Source: Octopus sinensis
Taxonomy: Eukaryota
NCBI RefSeq assembly: GCF_006345805.1
Contig: NC_043005.1
Location: forward strand, 30,628,001 to 30,692,000
DNA length: 64,000 nt
Direction: 5' to 3'
Made by a program: the position numbers and the translations under genes. Positions 48,721 through 62,210 of this stretch are shown piece after piece (positions within the stretch are counted from its first letter, which is position 1; each line of letters begins with the position of its first letter). A model generated the notes under the pieces. That model was not told the DNA's origin and did no database searches. It saw only the letters and a list, made by a program, of their open reading frames with translations.

Positions 48721-50175
48721 ACTCTTTGCATATTGTATTGTTTGAAGTATCCTGGAAGATATCAAACTGATTTTTCAGTCCTAACCTAGAATTATCAATG
48801 GCTTTAATTATTGCTAGAATTATTAAAAGCTTTCATTATAACCAGAATTATCAAGAATTTTAATTCAAAATCATAATCATCATGAACTTAATTATAATTA
48901 ATAAATATCAAAGGCTTATAACTAACAAGTTATAAGCATAATTCTTCATTATTATCATTGCTACAAGAGATGCAGGCATGGCTGTGTGGTAAGAACCTTG
49001 CTTCCCAACTACATAGCTTCAGGTTCAGTCCTACTGTGTAGTGCCTTAAGCAAGTGTTTTCTACTATAGCCTCAGGTTGATCAATTCTTCATGAGTGGAT
49101 TTGGTAGCAGACAAAAACTGAAAGAATCTCTTCATGTGTGTAGGTGCGTGTTTCTGTGCATGTGTGTGTGTAGGTGTGTGTTTCTGTGCATGTGTGAGTA
49201 AGTGTGTGTGTGTGTGTGTGTGCGTATATTATATATGTACAGAGCCTCCGACAGGTGTTTCTAGAATAGTCAAACATGTGGCTCATCATATTGAGTAAAG
49301 ATTCCATAGGCTGAGTATTTCCTCATCAGAGAGGTGTAAAAGTACAGGAAAGTCTACAATAGAGGATATTAGTGCATTCCAGTTTGTCAAGAATGGGGGA
49401 AGGATGAGAGTAAAATAAGAATGAGTTAGGTAGATCTATGATCGAATGGAAAATATGTATACATATGTATATTATTATAATCATCATCATTTAACATTCC
49501 TCTTCCACACTAGTATGAGTTGGATGGCTTGATAGCAACTGGCAACCCTAAAGACTGTACCAAACTCTACTGTCTGTTTTGGCATGTTTTCTACACCTGG
49601 ATACCCTTCCCAATGTCAACCACCTTACATAGAGCACACTGGCTATTTCTTACATCACACTAAGGAAAGCAAGGTCACCAAATAAGAATGAGAAGGGAAA
49701 TGGTATTGAGCCAGATGATGAGAGGTTACCCTATGATAGGGGGACAGAAACAGGAATCCTGCTGTAGAGGAGGTATGTGTATGTGTGTCTTGCTCTCTTC
49801 ACATTATGCGATAGCATCTGGCCCTAAAAATTTGCCACAAAGAATTTTCATCTAACCCATGCAAATAGTGCAAAATAGATGATGATGAGGATGATGGTGA
49901 TGATGATAGTGAAGATGATGATGATGAAGAATTATGAGAAAGTTTAGAGCAAAACAATAAACAAAATACTTTGCAACTGTATTTTGTAACATTCCTGTTT
50001 GTTTGAGTTCAATTTTCACTATGGTAAATTTCACCTTGGGCCAATCAAATATGTACACAAATCAAATGGGATCAAGTTAATCCAATTATTTCCATATTTT
50101 CATGGGTGTGACATGTTGCCTAAAACTTACATGTCATTATTATAGCGAGATTTCATTTTGATTGTGTTAGTGGAA

Positions 50176-50680
50176 TCATGACATGCATAAGATCTGGTCA
50201 TCAAATCTAAGTAGAGACTTCAAACTTGAAATATTCAAAGCCACAGTCGAACCAATTCTACTATATGGCTCAGAAACCTGGACGTTATCAAAGAAGCTTG
50301 AGAGGCAGTTGGATGGAACCTACACTCGCCTCCTTATGAGAGCTCAAAATCTCTCGTGGAAGCGCCATCCAACCAAAATGCAAATATATGGGAAATTACC
50401 ACCTGTGTCATCTCTTGTGAAAGGTAGGAGAGTCCAGTTTGCTGGACATTGTTGTAGAGCTGAAAAAGAAGTAATTTCTACTCTTCTCTGGAAGCCATCT
50501 ACTCGCAATACCAGAGGGCACACACTCTCCTACCCTGATGTAATCTCCAGGGATACAGGCATCCAGCAACAGGACCTCCGTAATGCTATGATGGACCGTG
50601 AAGTCTGGCGTAACATAGTAAATTCCATTGTCACGACCACGGTCAAACAATGATGATGATGATGATGATGGAATCATATT
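50176..50680 (+). mobile_element. 5'-truncated RTE-like LINE 3' end with (TGA)n tail
   Basis: IFKATVEPILLYGSETWTL..RRVQFAGHCCR..MMDREVWR, then a stop followed by (TGA)n. Confidence 0.85.
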
Positions 50681-51522
50681 TGGAGATTTAGAAATAAATT
50701 TTTTCAACTTTTGGCATTTTGAGAAGAATCCTTTGCAATAATAGCAAATGTCTGTTTTCTGCATCTCCACAATTTGACTCTTGGTTTCAATATATTTTGA
50801 ATATTTGTATTGCTGTTTCTTATGTTTCTATGACAGCAGAGATAATTCAACTGGCCTCCCAAAATTTCCTCAGTTCTATAACCAACTTCAGACATCTTTT
50901 ACTCTAGAATATTTCTTTAACTTCTACTATATTATTTTGTGGCCTATAACAAATTCTATGTAAGCATTTGGTATAACAATAGCCAGAATGTTCCACACTG
51001 TATTTTGTGGGTTTTTCAACCCCAATTTTTCAGTTCATTATGGTGATGCTGTAGTTTATAACTGGGAAGGTTTGTGTGTTTATACCCATTATCTTATTTC
51101 TAGTATTGAGTTTAGTTTTTAATATTAGCCTAACTCTTCTATACAACATTTTTCTAATTTTTCTCCTTCATTTCTGTCTGTTTTATTTTACAGTTTTATC
51201 TATTCCTAACTGTATTCTGGTCTAATTCTCTGATTTTAGTGCCTGTGTCTAATTTAATGTTCTCAGTTTTAGTTAATGACTTCTTAATAGTAGCTTCAAC
51301 ATATTTTACTAACCACATATTCAGTTTTATATTCTGGCTGATTTCATACACAGATTTCTTGTAAGCTCTCTAACTGTCCCTTATAAAACATTCTTAAGAC
51401 ATCCATGTTAAGGAGATATTTTATAATTTGCAGCATTTATAACCATTGATGATTTCATTCAGCAAATGAGTTCATGAAGTCAAAGAGAAGAATCGAAGAA
51501 ATAATGAGTCTCTTTGGAAAAT

Positions 51523-51625
51523 TCTTCTTCTTCTTCTTCTTCTTCTTCTTCTTCTTCTTCTTCTTCTTCTTCTTCTTCTTCATCCTCATCCTCATCACTA
51601 CCACCATCACCATCACCATCATCAT
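51523..51625. repeat. (CTT)n/(CAT)n microsatellite
   Basis: Direct reading. Confidence 0.9.
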
Positions 51626-52059
51626 CATCCTTTTCTAACTCTTTCATGCTGACATGGGATTGACATTTTGATACGATCTGGCAGGTCCAAGTTCTGCTTC
51701 ATGCTCCAATGTCTTATTTAGAATGGTTTTTACAAGTGGGTGCCCTTCTTACACCAACCATCATATATAACTGGGCCCTTTTTCTATGGCACCGGTAGAA
51801 GTGAGATGACCATGTAGGACTGACTGGGTGGGTGAGGTGGGGAGACTACACTAGGAAGGAGGAGCAATTTTGTCAGGTGATTAAAGGTTAAAGTAAGGAA
51901 GAAAGGGTCTCAGAACAGGTTTTTCTTTGCTGTAGAAGAACTATTATACAGTTGCTTTATATAAAAATAGTGGAAATGAAGTATGAAGGTGGGCTGTCAG
52001 GTTAACTGTCAAATTAGCAAATTCTTTGCCAGCTAAGTATATAAGGGTAAAGCATAAAG

Positions 52060-52375
52060 GGGTAAAGACCCTCTTTGGTCATGACTGACCCTGGGATTGC
52101 ACCTAGAAAGTTGCCCTCCTAGGCACAAGTCTGGGCAAGGTTGTTTTATGGAAGACCAGCAGTCGCCCATGCATACCAGCCTCTCCTCTCCATGCCAAGG
52201 GAAAGACAAAGGGGCCGATACAGCTTGGCACCAGTGATGTTGCAACTCATTTCTACAGCTGAGTGAACTGGAGCAACATGACATAAAGTATCTTGCTCAA
52301 GAACATAACACACAGCCTGGTCCGGGAGTTGAACTCACTACCACCATGATTGTGAACCCAACGCTCTAACCACTG
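52060..52375 (-). mobile_element. tRNA-derived SINE, third family
   Basis: Minus-strand head CAGTGGTTAGAGCG..GAGTTCAACTCCCGGACC; collinear with 58977-59297. Confidence 0.75.
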
Positions 52376-53333
52376 TGTGTGTGTATATGTGTGTTAGTGT
52401 GTGTGTGTTAGTGTGTATGTATGTGTTAATGTGTATGTGTGTGAGTGTGTTTGTGTATATGTGTGTTAGTGTGTATATGTGCGTGTGTTAGTGTGTATGT
52501 GTGCATGTGTTAGTGTGTATGTGCGTGTGTTTGTGTGTGTGTGCATGTGTGTGTGTGCGCATGTGTGTGCGTTTGTGTGTGTTTGTGTGTGCGTGTGCAT
52601 GCGTGTGCGTGTGTGTGTGTGTCCTATTGTAAATGACATGCAATTTATTGCTGAGCAACCTGCAGAGATGGTTTGTTTCCAGTGATTAAATATCTCTTCT
52701 CCTGTCCATTCACTGCCTGGACATTGCCTGTGGAGTTGCTCAGTGCATCCCATGTCAGATCTCAAAGTGATGGCAGAGCAACATGAGATGAAGTGGTTTA
52801 TCCCAGAACACAATACACTGACCAGTCTCGAAATCAAAAGCACAATGTTGTGATCATCAGTGCAAACCCCTGACCACAAGGGCAACATGCCTTCACACAC
52901 ACACACACACACACATAACTGGCTCATGCCAGTATAGAAAAAGGGGATATTAAATGATGATGAGGAGGATATATTTATGTGAGTGAGTTCCTTCATCTTC
53001 ACCAATTTATAAATTTTGGCCCCTATACTGATGGTGTAGGACAGAAACATTTGCTAAATATGCAAGTATGTCTGGGTTTCTTGACGTGTCTTAACATGTT
53101 GTGAAATCTTTTTGAATAAAATCTCATTCATAAAGTGAAGCATACCATGTACATATTGATCTATATAACATCATCATCATTTAACATACATTGTCCATGC
53201 TGGCATGGGTCGGATAGTTTGACCAGGGCTGGCAAGCCGAGGGGCTGCACAGACTCCAGTCTGATTTGGTATGGTTTCTATGGCTGGATGTCATTCCTAA
53301 CACCAACCACTATGAGAGTATAACGGGTGCTTT

Positions 53334-53401
<68 letters not shown>

Positions 53402-55083
53402 TATATGTATATATACATATTATATATATATTATATACATATTATATATGTGTGTGTATATATATGTGTGTGTGTATGTTTGCGTGTCTGTGTTTGTCCC
53501 CCCAACATCGCTTGACAACCGTAACTTAGCGGTTCGGCGAAAGAGACCGATAGAATAAGTACTAGGCTTACAAAGAATAAGTCCTGGGATTGATTTGCTC
53601 GATTAAAGGCAGTGCTCCAGCATGGCCACAGTCAAAATGACTGAAACAAGTAAAAGAGTAAAGAGTAAGAGATACATATTATATATATATTTTAGGTTTA
53701 TAAATAGTGGACTATTTATACTCACACATACACACACACACAGACATACATACACACGAGTGAGTAAACGGTCATCATAATCAACTGTTATTAAGATAGA
53801 TATATATTTCATATACATTCATATATATACATGTACATACAGAAATATACACACAGATTTGTCCATGTAAGTAAAATTGAGGTCCTAAAGGCATGCCATT
53901 TATGCCTGTACCCTTTCACACATTCTGTCCCTGCAAATCTCTCCCCAACAACTCGTCTTACCAACACCTCCACCACCACCTGCATTCACGATTCACTACA
54001 TTCCTCTCTCCTCTCTTCCATCTCCCACTCACTCTGTTCACTCCTCTCTACTACTTCACTTTTTTTTGCCAACAGGGGGCTAAACATAGAAGGTACAAAC
54101 AAGGATAGACAAAGGGATTAAGTTGATTACATAGACCCCAGTGCATAGCTGGTTCTTATTTAATCGACGGTGAAAGGATGAAAGGTAAAGTCAACCTTGG
54201 AGGAAATTGAACTCAGAATGTAACAGCAGACGAAATACCACCGAGAATTTCTCCCGGCGTGCTAACGTTTCTGCCAGCTTGCCGCTTTGACTCACTTATA
54301 TACTCCTCCTTCTAGCTTGAGGAGATGCCTGCAAACATCTTCTTCATCATCATCATCATCTCTCTCTCTCTTATAATTAGTGCATCCTTTACTGCAAGGT
54401 ACCCATTTCTGTTCCTCTGTTCATACTTTGACTTCTTATCACCAGGAACAAAGCCACACCCTTTCAATACAACTCACCTTCTCAGTTGAGTCTTGCAAGT
54501 TACTTGGTGACCTGTAAAGTAGTTGGCATTCGGAAGGACATCCAATCATTTGCTCCGAATTTTAGCTTGATTGACAAATTTACTGTAATATTTCATATTT
54601 TATAATCACACAAGATCTAGAATTTTGATTCAGACTTTCCATTATTCTAATTATAATCTATCATTTCTAAAAACAAACTTTAAGTTTATTCAAATATATT
54701 TGTGAGATATTTTAACTTCAAAAGGCAAATTCACTGCAGATTAACATAGAGAGAAAAATTCTCACTTTGTGCTAATAGGTGTAAAAACTATTCCCTCTGT
54801 TCAATTCCTATTGAAGACAGCATAAAATTTCAGAAATGCCTCTAGGGGTCCACTAGAGGGAGCCACTGGACTGACAACTGTTTTTTTGTTTTTTTTACAC
54901 TTATTACCATAAAGAGAGAATTTTTCTCCATAATCTGCAGTCAATATCCCTTTAGAAGTTAAAAAATGCCACAAACATATAGAAACTAACTTAAAGTTTG
55001 TTTATTTTCCCACCATTGCTTTGAGCTACAATTGATGTATAATTATTTCTGTGGTACACTTACCTATATCAACTATACACTTA

Positions 55084-55310
55084 CCTATATCGGAGCACTG
55101 CATCCTTCAAAACTTCCATGCTTCCTGAGATTCGCCAACACTACACTTGATTTTCTCCCCTCCATACACACACAAGCATATATCTGACTCATACATTGTT
55201 CGCTTTCCAGACATTTCTACATTACTGCATGTACTTTATATGCCCTTTCTGACAAGTTGTGGTGCACCTGAGCACTGTATACAATAATTTCATTATTATT
55301 ATTATTATTA
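55084..55310 (+). mobile_element. short 3' end of a CR1-group LINE with (ATT)n tail
   Basis: Matches 58680-58886. Confidence 0.8.
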
Positions 55311-58121
55311 TATGTCGTAACATGTTTAGCTACCTGTTGCAGTACATTAGTGTTACAGGGATACATTTTGGGTACAGTTGTTCTATACTAATACAAAGTG
55401 ACACCTGTAAAGTAATGTAAACTTAAGAGATACAATTGTGGAGAGGTTATTTGTTATTCTAATTTCATCATTATCATCATCATGACTGTCATTATAGCCA
55501 TTGTTATGTTTAACCAACCCCTGCCTGGTTATCCCCATCAAGTATTTACTGAAATATATTGACTAACATTGCAGGAGTCTTGCTCACTGTTTATTCCTTA
55601 AGTAGCAGTCAAGTATTGTGTGTCAATTTAGTAATCTTATAAATCACCGTCAATGTGAATGGAAGTTAATTGAAGACGAAAACTACTTCACAGCTTCCAT
55701 ATGTCTCGATGCATCTTCGCATGTCTACATGAGACTCAGCTGTGGGAGACAGACAGACAGAAAAAATAAGCACAAGAGATAGCGTTAAAGCTGGTTCTAA
55801 GGTAAATATGGTTGAGACAATGATAGAAGGATGGTGGGGGGAGGGGGATAACAGTGACAACATCAATATGTAGTGCATGGGTTGATGCAGATTGTGAAGT
55901 GTGTAGTGTTTGTATGTAAAGTAAACAGAAGACAGACAAACCAACTGACTGTGCAGTATTATCTAAAGACCAAGCTAATCGATAAAATGTGTAAAGGCTG
56001 AACTAATCAATAAACCTGAGTAAAGACCAAACGAATCGATAAACCAACTGAAAAACAAAATATTATGATTAAAAACACATCTTGTGAGCAGAGACTGTCA
56101 AATTAATGGCAAGCTTGATTAGTTTTTAATTTTGATAGTGCAGAATTCAATATCTCTTCTACTGCCTTCTTTCTTTATCTCTCTAACCCTTACCATTATC
56201 ATCATCAGCAGCAGCAGCAGCAGCAACGTCATCATCATCATCATCATCATCATCAAAACCACTACCACTACCATCATCATTGTCAACATCATCAACACCA
56301 TCATCATCATCAGTAGTATAACAATATCTTAATGTTTATTTTATGCGCTGACATGGATTGGACACATCTGCAGTCCTGTTTCATCTCTTCTGTGAAACTG
56401 GAGAGTTTTCTCAGATTTTAATTTACCCTTTTTCTGAGTAAAATAAGGAATGGTTAAGCACTCCTTCCTTTCAACTACAAAACCAACCCATAATATAATC
56501 CTCATGTATTTCTTCTATTCATATTTGCAACAGTATTGCCATTTCTCTAGCAAACCTATACTTTTCAGAATTCCACTTTAAGGGAACCACTTTAAGGCCT
56601 GTTTCCCAGTCCTCCCATTGCTGTTGTTCTGTCATTGTTGCTGCCAGAACTTATTCACTTGCTTGACCTCAACCACAACCCTCCATTTTCAACTCTTCCA
56701 ACTACAAACCTGCCTAACGGTTGACCCTCTTGATTCTGTCCGATGTGTGCAAGTATTTGTGAATGTGTGTGTGTGTGTGTGTGTATGTGTGTGTGTGTGT
56801 GTGGTGTGTGTGTGTGTGTGTGTGTGTTGTGTGTGTGTGTGTACAGCTATGTTAACAGATGTAATGATTACCAGATGCTTAAGAAGTTTACTTCATTATC
56901 ATGAGGTACCAGGTTCAATCTCACTTTGTGGCACCTTTGGAAACTGTGTTCCACTATAACCTTCAATGGACACAAACCATGTGAGTGAAACTGGTTAAAG
57001 AGAAATTGTGTGGAAAGCTCATGGACGGATTGTACTTGTAATTCAAGGGATAAGCACCACTGTGGTGCTGATCTGTGAAATACACAGCTGTTTATATTTA
57101 GTGAGTTTGAAGGTGTGGTGATTGACTCAGTGGGGCTTAATATAGAAATTCATTTACGAATGTTATGCATGTGTGTGTAGTTTAGACATACACGCACATT
57201 CACACACACACACAGACACGCGCAAGCACACATGCACATGCACACACACACATGCACCAATACATGCAAGCACACTCACATGCACTCACACACGCACACA
57301 TACACAAACAAATACACACATGCATGCACGCACACACTACAAACACAACACCATCACCACCACCTTACCCAAACCCCACCCCCTACCCTCTCCTTTGTAT
57401 GACCAACATGCGAGGCACAATCCTTCTCATCCGAGAACAATTTGACCCCTCATTGATCATCCTTGATTTTGTAGTTTCTGACCCCTTTTCTCTGCTTTTT
57501 ACTTTCTCATATATTTAAGGCCCAGCAAGACACTTTGTACATGTGCGTGTGTGTGCGTGTGGTTGTGTGCATGTGAGAGTGTATGTATGTGTGCATGTGT
57601 ATGTGTTTGTGTGTATTTGTGTGCACATGGGAGCATATATGTATGTGTGTGCATATTTGTACATATGTGTACACGTGTGTATGTGCATGCATATGTGTGT
57701 GTGTGTGGTGTGTGTGTGTGTGTAAAAGAGAGAGGAAGGGAGAGAGAGAGAGAGAGAGGAGTGAACTAGAAATAGAAATTGCTAGAATGGTTTAATGTTT
57801 CAGAACAGAGCAACTGTTTATTTCCAGTACTGATGCTGGAATTAGCTGATGAAGATAGGTTAAAATATATCTATGTGATAACTAATATAGAACATAATTT
57901 TTGACTTGTGTCAGTGACTGGAACGGGGCCATGCTGAGGTAATGCCTTGAAGAGTTTAGTTGAACAAATCAACTCCAGGCTCCATTATGTATTTTTCTAA
58001 GAGTGGTACTTATTCTATCGGTCTCTTTTGCCAAACTGCTAAGTTATGGCGACATAACTCAAGCTGGCTGTGGACAAATGTACCACCATGCATTTTGAGA
58101 GGAAAAACCCAGGGTATACTT

Positions 58122-58886
58122 ACTCGCTCCACAACACTAATCTCAAAAAGTCTGGGCATTATTGTCAACAGTGATTTGTGTTGGACAAAACACATTGCTA
58201 AAATTGCCAAGAAGGCTGAGGGTGTCTTGGCATCACTTACCAAGTCCTTTGTTAGCCGCTCTCCAGCTATCTATCTGAGGCTTTATACAGCTATGGTGCA
58301 GCCTCACCTGAAATTTGCATCACCGGTCTGGAACCCCTATCTTGCCCAGGATATTAATCGTCTGGAAACTGTTCAGTGACGTGCAACCAAGTGAATACCC
58401 TCCATCAGGCATTTGCCATATTCTGAACACCTTACTTCCCTGGGCATGGATACATTGAAACTCCGGCGTCTGGCAGCTGACTTGGCAGACACCCATAAAA
58501 TTATTAACCATCTTACAAACAATAACTCTGAGCACCTTTTCAAACTCCATCTGTCTAACACCTATGGACATGTTTACAAAGTCAGAAAACAGCACAGCTC
58601 CCATGACTTTCAGAAACATTTTTTTATGCTAAGAGTTGCTGAAGCATGGAACAAACTGCCAGCATCAGTTGTTAGTTGTCAAAGCACTGCATCCTTCAAA
58701 ACTTCCATGCTTCCTGAGATTCGCCAACACTACACCTGATTTTCTCCCCTCCATACACACACAAGCATGTATCTGACTCATACACTGTTCACTTCCCAAA
58801 CATTTTACATTACTGCATATGCTTTATATGCACTTTTGACAAGTTGTGGTGCACCTGAGTACTGTATACAATAATTTCATTATTAT
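58122..58886 (+). mobile_element. 5'-truncated CR1-group LINE
   Basis: SLGIIVNSDLCWTKHI..LYTAMVQPHLKFASPVWNP..LETVQ*RATK..LKLRRL..FFMLRVAEAWNKLP, then 3' UTR and ATT tail. Confidence 0.88.
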
Positions 58887-58976
58887 AAACAAGCTGACGC
58901 TGGCTGTCAAGTGGTAGTTATGGTGTGGGGGACAACCACACATGCATCCACATACACACATACCAATATATATATA

Positions 58977-59297
58977 AAGGGTGACCCCCTTCGGTCACGA
59001 ATGACCATGGGATTGCATCTAGAAATTTACCCTCCAAGGCAAAGTTGTTTATGGAAGACCAGCAGTCGCCCATGTGTACCAGCCTCCCCTTTCCCCTCCA
59101 CTGATGTTATCCAAGGGAAAGGTAAAGGGGCCGATATAGCTTGGCACCAGTGAGGTTGTAACACATTTCTACAGCTGAATGAATTGGAGCAACATGAAAT
59201 AAAGTGTCTTTCTCAAGAACACAACACACAGCCCGGTCCGGGAATCAAACTCAAAACCTCACAGTTGTAAGTTTGATGCTCTAACCACTGAGCCATG
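58977..59297 (-). mobile_element. tRNA-derived SINE, third family
   Basis: Collinear with 52060-52375. Confidence 0.75.
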
Positions 59298-59342
59298 ATA
59301 TGCTCAAATTGACTAGATATATATATATGTGTGTGTGTGTTG

Positions 59343-59387
<45 letters not shown>

Positions 59388-60160
59388 GGACAGACTTCCA
59401 CACAGTCTCCAGTCACTCACAAGGCATGATCAGCTCGGCTACAGTAGAAGACACTTGCCCAAGGTGCTGCAATGTAGGACTGAACCTGAAACCATGTAGT
59501 TTCAAAGCTAACAGCCATGGTCGGGCCTATATCTATGTAAGTATGTCTGTCAATGTCTGTTAATTTCTGTATATCTGTGTGTAGGAATGCATAGAAAGGT
59601 GAAAATCTGTGTATTTAGTTTTTCTGCTTAAGTGTTTCTACACATGTATGAAGTGTGTGCAGGATGTGTGTGTGTGTGTGTGTGCGCACGCGAGTATGGC
59701 TACATGTGTTTCTCAGTATGTATATGTACACATAAGGGTATTCTTTCTTTTATTCTTTTATATTTTGATCATTAGACTGTGGCCATGCTGTAGCACTACC
59801 TTGAAGTGCTTAGAGATGTAAACAAATCAGCGCCGATTATCAAGCTGTAGCAAAACAAACACCAAGATGCACAAACACTGAGCCTTACAATGGAGATGAC
59901 AGGGGACCAAGAGATGTGATGCATTGCTGAACCCAAGAAAACCCACTCACCACAGCACAGTTGATGTTCTAAAACCAAGGTGCCATGTAAAAGGCATCCA
60001 GTACATTCTGTAAAGTGGTTGGCATTAGGAAGAGCATCCAGCTATAGGAACCAAGCCAAAACAGACTATGGAACCTGGCATGGCCCCTGGCTTTTCTAGT
60101 TCCTGTCAAACCATCCAACCCATGCCAGCATGGAAAACAGACATTAAATAGTGGTGATTA

Positions 60161-60194
<34 letters not shown>

Positions 60195-60370
60195 ATAATA
60201 AATATTAGGGAATAAATCCAAATTTACAGGGAAAAATCAGATTTAGGATTAAATCCAATTTTATAGTAAAATATTATAAAATATTATTAGAGACAAAACC
60301 ACTATTTTGCAAAACAAACAAGGAAAGACTTAATCAATACATAAAATTTTAATAAATAGTCAAAAAACCG

Positions 60371-60413
60371 CCACTACAATTGTTTCTTGTCTTGATCGAC
60401 AATCTTCAGGTGG
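60371..60413 (-). ncRNA. minimal type I hammerhead ribozyme (mirror copy)
   Basis: Exact reverse complement of 60460-60502. Confidence 0.85.
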
Positions 60414-60459
60414 ACTTCCAATAAGTCAGTTTCAAATTTGAAACTGACTTATTGGAAGT

Positions 60460-60502
60460 CCACCTGAAGATTGTCGATCAAGACAAGAAACAATTGTAGT
60501 GG
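60460..60502 (+). ncRNA. minimal type I hammerhead ribozyme
   Basis: CCAC-CTGAAGA-TTGTC GATCAA GACAA-GAAAC-AATT-GTA-GTGG. Stem I CCAC/GTGG, 5-bp stem II, palindromic stem III ACAATTGT, GUA triplet. Confidence 0.85.
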
Positions 60503-60611
60503 CGGTTTTTTGACTATTATTAAAATTTTATGTATGATTAAGTCTTTCCTTGTTTGTTTTGCAAAATAGTGGTTTTGTCTCTAATAATATTTATATATAT
60601 ATATATATATA

Positions 60612-60870
60612 CTAGCAATATTGCCCGGCATTGCAGTTTGTTTAGACCCTTTAGAATTGGAATTTTTGAAAAGTAAAAATTTGGCAGTATGTAGCTTGTT
60701 AATCTCTTTAAGTGAAATACACCGAAAAATGGCGACACAGCAGTCAAAACATCGTAAAAAATAAGGATTTTCATAGAAAAAAAGGCATCTTTTGCTTTTT
60801 GATGTTAACATGGTCCGATTTGAATTTTTTCTTCTACGGAAGGAAGAGTTAGCCTTCTTCTTTCATACTC
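60612..60870 (-). mobile_element. Helitron-like 3' end
   Basis: Minus strand GCAATGCCGGGCAATATTGCTAG|T terminus; 5' extent uncertain. Confidence 0.55.
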
Positions 60871-60889
60871 TCATATATACATATATGTA

Positions 60890-60925
<36 letters not shown>

Positions 60926-61299
60926 CATATATATATACACATACACATATTTATGATGATATATATATATATATATTAATACGAAAAAACCCTCCAGGCT
61001 ACATCCCGGAAATTCATTTCTTTGCCGAATTTCTACAATGTTTACGGCGATTCGTTTTTATATCTTGATTTTTTATTTTTCATGCAATTTACGCATGCTT
61101 GTACGCGTGGTGAACACAGTTCACGTCAATCAGCTGACTGAGTAAAGTTCACTATTCAATGCATGGGATAAGGCCTAAACAAACACATTATCAATTTTTG
61201 CCCATGCGAGATGAATTTCGGAACAGAAATAGCACAGTTCAATTTTCATTCACCTAAACTTTAAGTGACCCATTTTTGGTGGTTCTACGATTTGTTGGC

Positions 61300-62210
61300 T
61301 AGGAGGAGATCTTGTCTAATGCCAGGATTCATTTATATTGATGTAACCAATCGTTACTGCCTCCCTTTTTATATCTGTAGTGGCATAGAATGCTACAAAT
61401 TTGCTCAACTGTGTGTGTCGTAAGGGTAGGGTGAAAACACATTTGAATTGTTCTTTCAGTGTTTCACTTATCCTCATTGGGTTTCCCATGAGGGACCCAT
61501 CATTTTGGAGGAGTGGCCCTACTCTGTAATGCATGGAAGCAGTTTCTTTGGCAAACTTAAAGAAGATTTTGGAATTTGATTTTATATTTTTTATAACCCA
61601 GGCTTCTTGGTTTGCTCTTTTTTTCTTCATGGGAGTATTTCTGATGTGTTTCAATCTTCAGCAATGTTGTTTTCAGGCAAGATTTTTCACTGCCATGAAG
61701 TTCTCTTTTGAGGCAGTTTACAATCTTTGTATTCTGTCCCATTAGAACTTTCCTCTCCCTAAGAATTTTGTTCTTATGTACAACAGCTTTTCTCCCTAGG
61801 ACAAACTTGTAGTATGCAGCTTTTATGATGGACATGAATTCTCTAAGATTCCTGTCAATGTCAGGTGTGGAGAGTTATTGGAACTAATATTGTTTGATGA
61901 TCTCTTTCTCAATCAATTTCCAGTCTGCTTTATGGAAGTTCAGATTGGGTAGATTCTGGGTGCTTCTCAAAGACTGCATGTCTATAGATTCATGTGGTCC
62001 ATACATGTTTGGGTCTATTATATTGTGATCTGAGACTAGCATCGGTGTCACTTTCACATTATGGATGAGATCCCTATCGTTTGTGAAGCAGAGATCAAGT
62101 ATATTGTTTGTCCTGGTTGGTTAGAATATTATTTGCCCCATGTATAAATTTTTCATGAGGTTGAGCAGGGATTCCACCTGATTTTGTTTGCACCACATTG
62201 TTCTTGAGAG
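61300..62210 (-). pseudogene. CR1-group LINE ORF2 fragment (APE end and linker)
   Basis: LDLCFTN..VSDHNII..NFHKADW..IKSNSKIFFKFAK..VGPL..ISETLKEQFKCVFT; frameshifted. Confidence 0.8.

Larger units (their letters stand above)
60195..60592. mobile_element. Penelope-like hammerhead element forming a spacerless ~157-bp-arm palindrome
   Basis: Arms 60279-60436 and 60437-60592, centre TTTCAAA|TTTGAAA, two 1-nt indels. Left copy extends to ~60195. (TA)n on both sides. Confidence 0.85.
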
